From Felis catus (Eukaryota), in assembly GCF_018350175.1 (NCBI RefSeq), contig NC_058383.1, forward strand, positions 12,836,001-12,900,000: a DNA stretch of 64,000 nt, written 5' to 3'. The translations under genes and the position numbers were made by a program. Below, piece after piece: positions 38,837-51,956 of this stretch (positions are counted from its first letter, which is position 1; every line of letters begins with the position of its first letter). Below the pieces are notes generated by a model, which did not search any database, was not told where the DNA came from, and saw only the letters and a program-made list of their open reading frames with translations.

Positions 38837-39856
38837 AAACAAAAGCAAAAATAAACTATTGGGACTGCATCAAAATAAAAAGCTTCAAACCAGCAAAGGA
38901 AACAGTCAACAAAACTAAAAGGCAGCCTACAGAATGGGAGAAGATATTTGCAAATGACATATCTGATAAAGGGTTAGTGCCCAAAATATATAAAGAACTT
39001 CTAAAACTCAACACCCAAAAATGCAATTAAAAAATGGGGAGCTGAACAGAGATTTCTCCAAAGAAGACATACAGATGGCCAACAGACACATGGAAAGATG
39101 TTCATCATCACTTACCATTAGGGAAATGCAAATGAAAACCACAATGAGCTATCACCTCACACCTGTCAGAATGGCTAGAATCAACAACACAAGAAACAGT
39201 AAGTGTCATCAAGGATGTGGACAGTTGGTGGGAATGCAAACTGGTGCAGCCACTAAGGAAAACAGTATGGAGTTTCCTCAGTAAGTTAAAAAATAAAACT
39301 ATCCTATGATCCAATTACACTACTGGGTGTTGACCCAAAGAACAAAAACAAAGGGATACATTCACCCCTATGTTTATTGCAGAATTATTTACAATAGCCA
39401 AGATATGGAAACAGCCCATGTGTCCATAGATTGGTGAATAGAGAAGATGTGTTAATAAAAATGGAATATTATTCGGCCATAAAAAAGAATGAGATCTTGC
39501 CATTTGCAATGATGTGGATGGAGCTAAAGAGTACAATACTAAGCAAAATACGTCAGAGAAAGACAAGTACCATATGATTTTACTCATATTTAGAATTTAA
39601 GAAACAAATGAGCAAAGGGAAAAAGAGAATCAAGAAACAGGCTCTGATCTATAGAGAACAAACTGATGGTTACCAGAGGGTAAGAGTGTAAGGGGATAGG
39701 TTAATAGGTGAAAGGGATTAAGAGGCACACTTGTGATGAGCACTGGGTGACGTATGGAATTGTTGAATCACTGTACTGTACCTCTGAAACTAACATAACA
39801 CTATTTGTTAACTAATAACTGGAATTAAGACAAAAACTTAAATTCAGAAAAAAAAA
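38837..39856 (+). mobile_element. 5'-truncated carnivore L1 (decayed ORF2 C-terminus + 3' UTR + poly(A))
   Basis: Translations [61 protein letters not shown] are L1 ORF2; frameshifted; TSD aagattttgg/aagaatttgg. Confidence 0.96.
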
Positions 39857-41865
39857 AAGAATTTGGCCCTAATATTGGGTCAGAATAAGACTGTATTTGT
39901 GTTGTTTTTGTCCATAGTTTGCATTCCTCATAGGTAGAAAGATCTTACAATTATAGGCTAACTGCACCACCTGATGTGTACTGGGATTTGATGTGGCTTT
40001 GTTACCTCAGAAGTCACATCAACTGTTTGACATCAGTTTATATTCCAGTACATGCTCCTCAGGCAGAAAGGGGATTGATATGGAGTATTATGCCAAGAAT
40101 GAGAATCTCATGTTGAAAGCCTAGAAGTCTGAAGTCAGAAGGATTTAGTGGTTTTGATTTGTTAGAGCATACTTTTCTTCATAGATGCTCTTAGTACCAA
40201 AATAAGTTCATATTTTTCCTAAATATGAAATGTTCTTAACATGCTTAAAGTATTATTTTATACATTTGCCACCAGGGCAAAATAGAATTAGTCAGTCTTA
40301 TTCCTATTTTGTAAATAGAGAACCCAAGGCATACTTAAAGAGTCGCAGAGGTCATCCATTGTATCTGGGACATGGCTTAGAATAGTACCATTTTAATCAG
40401 TTTATTTATTGAGCAAAAAGGAGCCAGGCAACAGTGGAGGGCATCATGAGATCAGTTGTATGGTGCGGGCAAGCTGTTTTAGCCGAGTTCTTTGCTCATA
40501 GGTCAGTTGGCTCTGGCAAGAGCAGCTGAACTGAGTTCTCTGTGGTGAAGCTGAGAGGGACAAGAATGGGCATCAGGTCAAAGGGTGTCTGTGGGGACAG
40601 ACTCCGACGATTGTGTAGGACATCCTGTACATTTGGGCTTCTGCATATTTTAGTTGGCTGTGTTTGTTCTTATGTTAGTCTCAGTGTTTTTTAACCCTGT
40701 GAGTGACAGTTGACACTGTTATAGGACTTTAACAGGAGAAACTGGTCTGACCACAGTTTGATCTTGATAAGGCTTTCACTTTTGCAACAAGACAGAAGGG
40801 AGTCCTTGCTTCTCTGTTCTGGGAGCCTAACCAAATCTAATAAGAAGTCTCTGGTAGCTCTAACCTGTTTTAAGTAGTCCAAGTGTCAGGCTGACCTTTT
40901 CTATGTATGTGGCCTGCTTCCTGGATGTGAAGCCAGTTTGGATGTTAGAACTTTTTAGAATGGAATGAAACTTGAAGTTTGCTGTTTGTTTTTATTGTTG
41001 CTTTAAAAACAAAACAAAACAAAAAAACAAAAAACCTAAAGAAAAAAAGAAAAGTGAAAAAAAACCTTCTAACTGTATCCTCTGCCCCTAGGACTGGTGA
41101 AACTTCTTAAGACTTTTAACGATTTCATCTAGATACTTAAATCTCTCTGGGATGACTGTCTTTCTCCTTCTGGCAGAATCTTGTACTTTGATCACTTCCC
41201 AGGGTGGCGTTTTGGTTAATATTTGACTCTTGCACCCACAGCCACGTGATATGTATATTTGTATGCATATATATTCACATCTCAGAGGATTGGCATCATC
41301 TTGGCAGATCTTTAAGAGTTGGAGGAGTAAATATTTGTAGTTTTTATTTCATATTTTTGCATACTGTTCTCTCATCAGGGGAAGGTATGTTGGTGAACTA
41401 GAGATGGATAGGAAGACTGAACTGGAGGCTAAAACCTGCATACCTGAGAAACTGAGTCAGCCACGCTGGAACCTAATTTTTCAGTGTTCTGAAATATCTC
41501 CAGTTATTCTGAAGGATGCTGTCACATTCTAAAAATAAGGTATTTTCAGTAACATCCATGTGTACTTTACTCTCCAGCATCAGAAGGGAAGTAAAGCATA
41601 GGGAAATCAAAGAAACTAGTTTTCACCCTTAAGTATGACTCTGGGATTATCTAGGGTGGCTTTTAGAGAAATCTAAGCCCACATCCTGGGATGCTACTAG
41701 CATCTCTGGACAAACTCTCTCCCCTTCCTTGAGATCACTTTCCTCATGTTCTTTATGCATGTAGAGAGTTGTTGAGGGAAGGTTATATTCTGGTTTCCTG
41801 TTTTGAAAATGCAGATGTTTCTAGAAATAACCAGAATCTAAACTGAATCCAGAGCCTTCTCGTAA

Positions 41866-42076
41866 TTTTTTTTTTTAATGTTTATTTATTTTTGAGACAG
41901 AGAGAGACATAGCATGAATGGGGGAGGGCCAGAGAGAGGGAGACACAGAATCCGAAGCAGGCTGCAGGCTCCGAGCTGTCAGCACAGAGCCCGATGTGGG
42001 GCTTGAACTCAGGACTGCGAGATCATGACCTGAGCCGAAGTCGGCCACTCAACCGACTGAGCCACCCAGGTGCCCC
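41866..42076 (-). mobile_element. CanSINE
   Basis: Typical SINEC_Fc-type body; TSD tctcgtaa at 41858 and 42077. Confidence 0.96.
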
Positions 42077-42386
42077 TCTCGTAAATTTTTAGGCCTCGAT
42101 CTGAAGTAATCTGGGTGAAGATAAAAAGGTGAGGTCTCATACTTTACAATTTGGTTGAAGTCAGCTGTGTCAAGGTATCTTGACTTAAATAAGTGTTAGT
42201 ATCTACATATTAGATTGGTAAGATCTTTATGTGTTTCTGTAGCCATAAACCCATTTTGGAGGAAAATGAAGGATGATTTCTTTCAGTATTCTGTGAGAAT
42301 CTCATTTCTTTGTTTATTTTTTTCACTGGGTTGACTTTGACTTTTATTTTTTAGGTCCAAGTTGTTAATTCCGAAAGTATTTTCTT

Positions 42387-43363
42387 TTATTTATTTATTT
42401 TTTAAAATTTACACCCAACTTAGCATATAGTGCAACAGTGATTTCAGGAGTAGATTCCTTAATGCCCCTTACCCATCTAGCCCATCCCCCTCCCACACCT
42501 CCTCCAATAACCCTCTGTTTGTTCTCCATATTTATGAGTCTCTTCTGTTTTGTCCCCCTCCCTGTTTTTATATTATTTTTGTTTCCCTTCCCCTTTGTTC
42601 ATCTGTTTTGTCTCTTAACGTCCTCATATGAGTGAAGTCATATGATTTTTGTCTTTCTCTGACTAATTTCACTTAGCATAATACCCTCCAGTTCCATCCA
42701 CATAGTTGCAAATGGCAAGATTTCATTCTTTTTGATTGCCGAGTAATACTCCATTGTGTATATATACCACATTTTCTTTATCCATTCATCTATCGATGGA
42801 CATTTGGGCTCTTTCCATACTTTGGCTATTGTTGATAGTGCTACTATAAACATAGGGGTGCCTGTGTCCCTTCGAAACAGCACACCTGAATCCCATGGAT
42901 AAATGCCTAGTAGTGCAATTGCTGGGTCGTAAGGTAGTTCTATTTTTAGTTTTTTGAGGAACCTCCATACTGTTTTCCAGAGTGGCTGCACCAGCTTGCA
43001 TTCCCACCAGCAATGCAAAAGAGATCCTCTTTGTCCTCATCCTCGCCAGCATCTGTTGTTGCCTGAGTTGTTAATGTTCGCCATTCTGACAGGTGTAAGG
43101 TGGTATCTCATTGTGGTTGATTTGTATTTCCCTGATGATGAGTGACGTTGAGCATTTTTTCGCGTGTCGGTTGGGCATCTGGATGTCTTCCGTGGAGAAG
43201 TGTCTATTCATGTCTTTTGCCCATTTCTTCACTGGATTATTTGGCTTTTGGGTGTTGAGTTTGCTAAGTTCTTTATAGATTTTGGATACTAACCCTTTAT
43301 GTAATATGTCATTTGCAAATATCTTCTCCCATTCTGTCTGTTGCCTTTTAGTTTTGCTGATTG
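42387..43363 (-). mobile_element. 5'-truncated felid L1 (L1_Fc-like), ORF2 C-terminus + 3' UTR
   Basis: ORF 42638-43018 [56 protein letters not shown] is the L1 ORF2 cysteine-rich C-terminus; 15-bp TSD cgaaagtattttctt/cgaaactattttctt. Confidence 0.97.
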
Positions 43364-43836
43364 CGAAACTATTTTCTTACTGTGCTTTGTATATGGCAGC
43401 AGATTTTTACTTGGATAGGAGAAGCAAGTCCATTGGTTTTCATGTGTAGATGCTTTTCAGGAATACACAACTTCTCACTGTTGGTTTTAATAAGAAAAAA
43501 ATCACTGTTGATAGTTTTGGTGTCTGTTTATAGAGATTCCTTGAGAATTGTGAACTGATAGAGAATTCCCCTAGAGAGAAAATCTGGTGTATTTGGACAT
43601 CTTATTAAATGGAGCTTTTTTTCATATAAGGGCTTCGGAAGATGCATAGGCTGTCAAGAGCTGGAAAAGTTTACATGGTCTCTGAATATCACTCTTTATA
43701 AATTCAAGGAGCCCAAAGCCCATAGGATCTGGTCCCCCAGTTAAGTTAGTGGTCCCTCACAGGTCTCCAGGCTGCCTGTCATTCTGCCTTGACTACTAGT
43801 GATAACTGGTTATTTCCAGCAATGAATCCAACTCTT

Positions 43837-44066
43837 TTTTTTTTTTTTTAATTTTTTTTTTTCAACGTTTATTTATTTTTTGGGACAGAGAGAGACAGAG
43901 CATGAACGGGGGAGGGGCAGAGAGAGAGGGAGACACAGAATCGGAAACAGGCTCCAGGCTCTGAGCCATCAGCCCAGAGCCCGACGCGGGGCTCGAACTC
44001 ACAGACCGCGAGATCGTGACCTGGCTGAAGTCGGGCGCTTAACCGACTGCGCCACCCAGGCGCCCC
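43837..44066 (-). mobile_element. Young SINEC_Fc CanSINE
   Basis: CpG-intact body, long poly-T; TSD caatgaatccaactctt at 43820-43836 and 44069-44085. Confidence 0.97.
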
Positions 44067-44480
44067 AACAATGAATCCAACTCTTAAGTTGTGCAGTCTT
44101 CTGAGTCTTCAAAGGAAAGCTAAGCTGTGTTATTAAAGTTCATGCTGAGTATTTTTTTACTATATTATGATTGTTTGAAAATTGGTCATTTGTGTGTTAT
44201 TGTAAAACCAGAGCACTTAACTAGAACTAGCATCAACCTAGCCTCTGCCAAGTCATAGTGCATTATCGACTGTTTCATGTAGAGGTAGAAAGAGGAAAGC
44301 TGTTTTAAGAGTCAAGAAAAAGGACTGTGTCTTGTCCTCAGCCAGAGGCCCACATGAGCTAAAGGAGCAATTGAGATGGGTTATGGTTTAGGGAAGGGGT
44401 AACACTCAGGTGGTGATTGAATCTAGTTTAGAATTATGTTTCTCAGAACAGCTGATTTTTATTTTGGTTGTTTTCAACTA

Positions 44481-44729
44481 TTTTTTTTTTTTAAAGACAG
44501 AGTCTTAAAATTTTTTTTTTTTAACGTTTATTTATTTTTGAGAAAGAGCGAGAGACACAGAGTGTGAGTAGGGGAGGGTTAGAAAGAGAGGGAGACACAG
44601 AATCCGAAGCAGGCTCTGGGCTCTGAGACGTCAGCACAGAGCCTGACGCGGGGCTCGAACTCAAAAGCTGTGAGATCATGACCTGAGCTGAAGTCGGCCG
44701 CTTAACTGACTGAGCCACCCAGGCACCCC
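44481..44729 (-). mobile_element. CanSINE with bipartite tail
   Basis: Body 44523-44729; two T12 runs separated by 18 nt; flanking repeat tgttttc at 44469 and 44730. Confidence 0.94.
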
Positions 44730-46285
44730 TGTTTTCGAATGTCCTTATAGCCTTCCTGGGGAAATTTGTTTTTGGGGAGACATTGCCTACATTGTTTACT
44801 CCTCTAGGGTTAAATGTACTTGACCAGCTGTTATTAATTTTATAGTTGTTAAATTACATTCTTTGCCTAGGTTGTAAGTACTGAAAGGGAACTTAGAAGC
44901 AGGACCATTTGCAAGTCATGTAGCTTTGAGCCTGAATGGTGGGTTTGATAAGAGTAGCTTTCAAATGGTTTGAGATTCTGTGCTGAATTTTGGAATTAGT
45001 GATTTACACCTGGGGATCTTTGTCAATTCTCTGGGAGAGCCTTCTCTGAGACCCCGGGCAGCTCTTGGGGGTGAGGCTGCCAGTGATATTGATAAATTGC
45101 TTCAAAATGCTTACAGCCAAAGGACAGTGATTTTGTAGTACTCTTCTAAGTTCTCAGACTGACCTCTGAAATCTGGAAGAGCGAATCTGGAAGGCCAGTA
45201 TTCTTTAGGGCAGTTATAAGAAGGGGGAAGGGGCTCTACCCTTCTCAGTCTGTGTGCAGGCGATTCTTGGAGGAAGCCAGGCCTGTGGAGCCAGGCTAGA
45301 GTGGAGACAGAGAGTAGTACTGCTGGCATTTCCATCCTCCCCTGAGGCTGCACAGAATGTTTCAAGGGGAACCAAGAATTATCCCTCCGCTGTCCACAGC
45401 CTCTTGAAGCGGCTTTTGCGTGTTGTAGATGGAACCAATGTGTGCAAAAGTGCAGTTTATATTTTATTTGGGTCTCAGCATCAAGTTGTCCTTTTTCAAA
45501 TAATTTTATGGTAATTGGTTGTTTCTCTGATATGATTTCCATTGCAAGGTGAACAAAAAAGGTGACAAAATGGGGTTATTACCTAACCAGATTGCCTCGT
45601 GTACAGACAAGCTGAACTGGTGCTTTGCCCGAAGTTGGCTTGGAGTTTTCAGAAACTCAATTGCTGCCTTTATAAGGCTGTGCCTGGGGTTGTATTTCCA
45701 ATCTCTCTCAACTTTTGTTCCCGTGGAAGGGAGGAAGTGGAACTGTGACAGATATATTGCCAGATAGCACACAATAGCACACAAAACGAGAAAGACATGG
45801 CGTGAGCCATTCACGGAGACAGATTTACACTCTGTGTTGCCCTCAAACCATAGATCCATCTATTTCAAAGAAACAACCTGCCCACTGTATTATATTTCAG
45901 ACAGGGACACAGCTTACAAGAGAGATGCTGACTCCTTCTGTTTAGCTTTTGCCAATAACGCTGCACATTTTGCTGTCGTCAATTACTTTTGTGGGGATGG
46001 GAAAGTTTATTTGGCAAAGGAAAGCCTGTCTTTAGATGAGAAGTGGAAAAGGGAGGTATCAGGGGAGAGTATTTGGCCACGCTGTCGCCGTCGTGAAGCG
46101 TATGTGTATAGTTTTGCTTGTTTTTGTCACTGTGCAGCCGGCTGTATTATCAGGCATTGGAGGTATTATACCTATTTCACAACAAGAAAAACAAAGCTAG
46201 AGAGGTTATGATTGACCCAAGGCCAGAATGTTTGACATTCATAGTTTCTTTTTGGTTCTCTAGAGATATGGCAGAATTGTGTCAG

Positions 46286-46287
46286 TT

Positions 46288-46330
<43 letters not shown>

Positions 46331-46362
46331 CTTTCTTTCTTTTCTTTCTTTTTTTTTTTTTT
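46286..46362. repeat. (TTTC)n microsatellite running into poly-T
   Basis: Direct reading. Confidence 0.95.
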
Positions 46363-46419
46363 TATGTTTCGTGGGAGATAGCTTTGCAGAGTGGTAAATA
46401 GCATAAATTACAAAACTTG

Positions 46420-46595
46420 TCTGCCATGGTTCCCATCCAGGCTTAGCCAAGCTGCACGTAGCTCTGCACCTCAGTTATTTTACTAGTAAAATGGGGATTA
46501 CAGGCCTTACCGTAGAAGGTAGGTCTGAGAATTAAATTTAGTTAATATGTATATAAGGTACTTAGAATGAAGTGTTCAGTAATCTTAGCTATTAC
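46420..46595 (+). mobile_element. MIR fragment
   Basis: ctctgcacctcagttatttt..gtaaaatggggatta..tgagaattaaat..gttaatatgtatataaggtacttagaa. Confidence 0.65.
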
Positions 46596-47504
46596 GTTTT
46601 TTAAATGTGTTTTGCTTTCATGGAAAATGAGTGGTGTGTGCTACCTGATAGGTTGTTTTGCAGAAATTTCAAATGTAAAAGAGTAACTCTGCTTGTGTTA
46701 AAATTTACCTTCCAGATTGATAGGTTTAAGGAATAAAAAATACTTTTGGGAATGGTCTAAATTTGGAAGAAATCTGAAAAGAGAGAACTGTGTGTGTAGG
46801 TTTGCAATTCTACCTTATGCGATTTGTAAAATATGTTATTATATATCTTTTCTTAGTAATAATTTATTCGGGGGAGGAGAAACAAATTTTGGTTATATCC
46901 ATCCTCCCTTATGAGGCAGGTATTTTTGTTTTTGTTTTTATTTTAACTGGATGAGATGGTTAAGTGTTCCCTTAGTTGGATGAATTTAGAGATATGAGAA
47001 AATACTTTTATTTTTATGACACATAAGGACCCTTGAATGAAGTCACTTACCTTTTCTTGATTAAACCAGTTTCTTTTTTTCCTTTTAACATTGTGTTTTT
47101 TTTGTTTTTTTGTTTTTAACATAAATATCACATGTTTTAGTCAGATATGTTTTGGGGTATCAATCATCTTTTTTTCTGTTATGTTGAAAAAATAAAATTG
47201 CACATGTGTGTTATTCTCAGAATGAAGTGGGTTCAGGCACACTGCTTTACACTAAGTAGAAATTCTTAGTAGTTGTTCTTCAGAAGAGATGCATTGATCA
47301 AGTCAGTTTTTGATTCATTTGTGAATACCTAAGTAGAGTTGTATATGAAGGGGTTTTTCAGAGTTGGCTTCTGAGCATTATAGCATTTGTTTTAGCATAT
47401 ATAGTCCACATGGCCAGTATACTATCTGATTCAGTTTGAGTTCAAATAAAGTCTGGTATGAATCTACTTTAAACAACTCCTTAAGGTGACTAATCTCAGA
47501 CCTG

Positions 47505-47510
47505 TCTCTC

Positions 47511-47549
<39 letters not shown>
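47505..47549. repeat. (CT)n microsatellite, interrupted
   Basis: Direct reading. Confidence 0.93.
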
Positions 47550-47584
47550 GTTTTTTTTGTCATTGTGCTTTTCTTTTATTATGT

Positions 47585-48200
47585 TTTTTTTTTAACTGTG
47601 GTATAAAGCACATTACATTTCCAGCTTAACTGTTTTAAAGTGTACAGTTCAGTAGTGTTAAGTGTAGCCACATTGTTGTGAGACAGATCTCCAGGACTTT
47701 TTCATCTTGCGGATCTGAAACTCTACACTCCTTAAACAACAACTTCCCCTTTCTCCCTCTCCCTACTCCCAGAAACCCCGATTCTACCTTCTATGGCTAT
47801 GAATTTGACTACCTTAGATCCTCAGCTAGATGGAATCATAATATTTGTTTTTTTATTACTGACTTATTTCACTTAGCATTATGTCCTCAATAAGTTTCAT
47901 CCACGTTGTAGCATGTGACAGGATTTTCTTCCTTTTTAAGGCTGAATACTTTTCCCTTGCAGGTATATAGCTCATTTTGTTTATCCATTCATCTTTTCGT
48001 GGATATTTGGGTTGCTTCTGCCTCTTGGCTCTTGTGAATAGTGCTCCTATGAATACGGGTGTGCAAATATCTCTTTGAATCCGTACTTTCAATTCTTTCG
48101 GGTGGATTGTTGGATCATATGGCACATCTATTTTAATTTTTTTCCAGAAACCTCCAAGCTGTTTTCCATAGTGGTTGCACCATTTGACAATCTTACCAGT
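47585..48200 (-). mobile_element. Old L1 (L1MB-like) 3' end
   Basis: aagtgtacagttcagtagtgttaagt..cacattgttgtg..ctgaaactctac..ttaaacaacaac; ORF 47856-48227 is decayed ORF2 C-terminus (DICTPVFIGALFTRAK..DEWINKM..ILSHATTWM). Confidence 0.9.
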
Positions 48201-48610
48201 GAGAGTGGTTCCATGAGAACCAGGCATCTGTGAAGGTTAGGGTGGCCCATTTCAAGCTTGATCAGGTGTTTGGAATGAGCCTCACCGGTACTGGTTAATC
48301 ATTCTTGTTAAGGTAATACTGCTGGACCAATGCAGAATGTTGGTCTGGGTTATTGTAAGACTTAGGCTGTGGTTTCTGGGAATGATCTTAGGCAGATCAC
48401 CTCAACACTCCCACCCACCGTTGTCATCTGTCAAACGAGGAAATTGTTCTTCTCCCTTATCTTGTGTGTTCCAGAATCCTGTTGTTCCTCATAGAATTCA
48501 AATATCTAGAAAAAATACTCTGTATAACTTCGTGTAATTATTTGATAAACATCTCCTGTTTTTCTTATTGTTTTACTACCCCAGGTACTAAGTGATAAGG
48601 AGGGAGACCT

Positions 48611-48850
48611 TGGTGATTAAGAGTGCTGGCAGTGAGTCAGAATGTCTGGGTTCAAATCCTTGCTCTTCCATTTACTAGATATGTAAACTTGGGCAGTTTA
48701 ATGAACCACTGTGCCTTGGTTTCTCCATCTGTGAGTTGTAGATAATAGTATCTGTGTCCAATTTTGTGAGGTTTAGACGAGTTAATGCATGTAATGTGCT
48801 TTGCATGGTGCCTAGCACGTAGTAAGCAGTAGGTGTGAACTCTAATCGTT
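48611..48850 (+). mobile_element. MIR (near full length)
   Basis: tggtgattaagagtgctgg..gagtcaga..ctgggttcaaatcc..cttgggcagttt..ctgtgccttggtttctccatctgt..gagttaatgcatgtaa..tggtgcctagcacgtagtaagc. Confidence 0.88.
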
Positions 48851-50654
48851 ATGTAGTATCTAATCATTATGTAGTTACCATGGTGCTAAATGGTTTGGGT
48901 CATCTTCCATTATTTGTATCCTACATTTGGATAACTTTATACTTCCTGAGGATGTTGTTTCCTTATGGTGTTTCTCTGTAGGTGGGAAGGATACCCCCAA
49001 TGTACAGATGGAGAGACTGAACAGCAGCTGTTCTGTTTTATATGGCTGGGATTAACACTTCAGTCTCATGATTCGAGCCCAGTACTTCCTTGCCTGGCGC
49101 ACTGTCCCAAACTTAATGACTATAAGGCCTCATGAAAATGGGTTTTAATGTTAAGATCTGGTAAGAACTATTCCTTTACTTTTTTTGTTAGCAGTCAGCC
49201 TTCCAGGTTGACTTGAACTAGGATCATTTTGGTTTCTCTGCAGAACAGGATCTTGCTGATTAATCCTAGTGGCAGGGAAAACATTGGGTGTCTACATCCT
49301 TTTCAAAATATAACTTAGTATACTAATACTAGCTTCTTTGGTATTTAGTACAGCTTCTTCAGAAATAGGGCTTATGTATTTAAAACTTAGATGGTCTTTT
49401 CAAAGGTGGGTAGATCTGGCATATGTCTGCCTTCTTGTAGGTAGTAGCCATGCTGCAGTTACTCAGCTATTGCAGTTCTGTTACTTGATACAGAGGCAGA
49501 GGGGAGAAGACTTCTCCATAAAAAAAACAAAGCCTGTGCTTAAAGAGTCCTCAGGTCATGTTCAGCAGATGATGGTGACGTGCTGGAACCTCCCTAGGTC
49601 TCCATTTCCCCAGCTAAAAAGAAGGGCCATGGACCAGGGGATATTTAAAGCCCTTTCAAGTTGTAAGAGTCGGACATCTTGAGACTGGAAATAGCCTCAT
49701 AGGTCCTAATGACATGATAAAGATACTCTTTGAGGAGAAGTGTTTTATAACTCTGTGTCTTGGGGAGTTGGAGGCATGGGGAGGTGATTGGGGTGTTGGC
49801 AGAGCAACTGGAGAAAGGAGAGACTAGTGAGGAGGCTGTTGTAATGGTCTATATTGGAAGTGAGCAACCCCATCTAGAGTACCTGGGGGGTTGTCGTAAT
49901 CTAGGATAGGGTCAAGCCCTTCTCTGAAATGGCAGTGCCATCAGGCCAAAGGAGCCTTCCCTGATGACTCTGTTGTGGCCCTTATTAGGGACAAGGCTTT
50001 CGGCCCTGGCTCAGAGCTGCGATGGAGGGATTGATGGATCCATGCCCCCTTCTGTTTTTCGCTAGCGCTGTCTTCACACCCTGTTGCCATTTATGTTTTT
50101 TGATGAATGATTAATTAGAAAAATAATCATTTGTAAATTGTGAGTGAACTAGACATTTGGCCCTGCCTGTAGGGAAATGGTGCCTCTGAGCCGGACGTAG
50201 CTTGCAGTCAGTACATCAGAACAGCAGTATTCCCAGACCGGTGATGAATTTACATCAAGTTCCTTTTCAGCATGTTAATGACTGTTACAGCCGAGTAACT
50301 AGCAAAAAATAATAGCAAATGGGAAGAGTAAATATTTAATGCCTCTATATCACTTTTAGCTTACAGTAAAATATGCATTTTGATTCAGGAGGGGAATGAG
50401 GGAATCTTGGACATTAGAGGCAATATTAGTTTGTCTGAGTTTCATTCTTTGTTTCCTTTTTTTTCTCTGAACTTAATTAAATTCAAAAGATAAAGTGTGA
50501 GTTGTTGCTGAGGTGGATTTCACTAGGGAAATGGGTTTTCTGTAAGTTTTAGGTCACAAGATGCTTCTTTCCTGGCAGTTTGAATCTATATGTCCGGTCA
50601 GCATCATTGATTAAATGCCTGGTGTGTATAGAGGCCTGTACTATCTCTAAAATA

Positions 50655-50985
50655 TAGCTTTCATCATGTTACTTCCCTGCTTTAAAACTTTAGTGGCTCC
50701 CCACTGCTTCTAGGATGAAAGCGGGACTCAGTAGCCTGGCTTTTAAGGGTTTCTATGCTGTGACCCCAGCCTGTTTTCCAGCCTTACTCCCTCAGGCAAC
50801 ACCATGTGGACCTTTTGCTTAAGCCAGAGTGATTGACTCCTATCCCTGTAAGGTGCCAGAGGCTTCCTCACCTTTGCACCTCTGCTCAAAGCATTCTGGG
50901 GTATGAAATGACCTGTCTTTTTCTCTATCTAAAGCCTACCCTTCCTCCTAGGCCCAGTTCTGGAAGATTCTCTGACTGCATTTAT
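50655..50985 (+). mobile_element. L2 internal fragment
   Basis: atcatgttacttccctgctttaaaactttagtggctccccactgc..agcctggc..cctttgcacctctgct. Confidence 0.65.
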
Positions 50986-51389
50986 TGGATAGGAACGTGC
51001 TCATTTTGAAATACAGGGAAAATTGAAAGTGGATCATAATTCTGTTCCCTCCAGTTTGCCACCTCTCTACCATAGGGAATTTAGAATGAGTTCGCTTCTC
51101 CCCCACTTTTTGCTTGGCTGTCTTCTAATTTTAGAAGATGTCCAGGTAGGCAAGTTGTTGACTATAGAAAGTTCTGAGGATTAGAGCTGAATATAGTTGG
51201 GAAACCAGACCCAAGGATAGTGCTTTGTTTTCTGAGATCAGAGAGTTTTGACACAGAAGTTTCTAGCAGAGGTTGAATTCACAAAATGAGGCTGTACTGG
51301 TGGAAGCATTCAAAGAAAGGGTTTAGGCCTTTCAGTCTGTTGTTAAAAGAGTCTTGGAGTGTTGAGTTCAGACCCAGATACAGTGATAA

Positions 51390-51700
51390 TATTCAGAGAA
51401 AATGATCAGGATGGTGAGGTAGGCCTGAAAGCGTGAAGGCTGAGTGGGCAGAAGAGAACAAGGGAGGCTGTGTCCTCTGTTTTCAAATATTCAAGAGGCT
51501 GTCTTCAGCAAAAGAGGTGTATTAGACCTAGTGTATGGAACCTTGGGGTGAGAACAAAGACTGCTGGAGGTAGGTTATAGGAAGACAGATTTCAGATCAA
51601 TATAAGAAATACTTTTCTCATAGTGTTGTGAAAAAATGAAATGGATTTCCTCGGGAGACGGTAAGTTTCTCAAGTGTGAAGGGATGTGAACACAGAAGGC
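51390..51700 (+). mobile_element. L3/CR1 LINE 3' fragment
   Basis: tttcaaatattcaagaggctgtc..ttataggaagacagatttcagatcaatataagaaatactttct..aatgaaatggatttcctcgggagacggtaagtt. Confidence 0.7.
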
Positions 51701-51956
51701 AATAATACTCTAAAGATCTGTGGATTCACAGTAAAGGGACCACAGGTACTGGAATGGAGGACCTTTAGAATAGGACATTTTCTTCTCTGGGGTAAAACCT
51801 TTACCCTGGGGTTTCGGAGAAAGATTCAGTAGTGGAAAGAAACAAGTGCCACTGTGTCCGAAAATACTTACAAATCCTGACATGCATCAAGAAATAGTAA
51901 GTATAGTCTTCTGAGGCGATATTGAAAGGATGATGAAAACAGAATGAAATCTAGAA

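Noticed and set aside
38782..39587. Cluster of ORFs
   Set aside because: Frameshifted L1 ORF2 remnants and their antisense frames.
42638..43018. 126-aa ORF with a recognisable protein sequence
   Set aside because: It is the C-terminus of L1 ORF2 in a 5'-truncated insertion without promoter or RT domain; not a gene.
44493..44506. Alu-like agacagagtct after poly-T
   Set aside because: Only about 11 nt match and no Alu body follows; coincidental in a carnivore genome.
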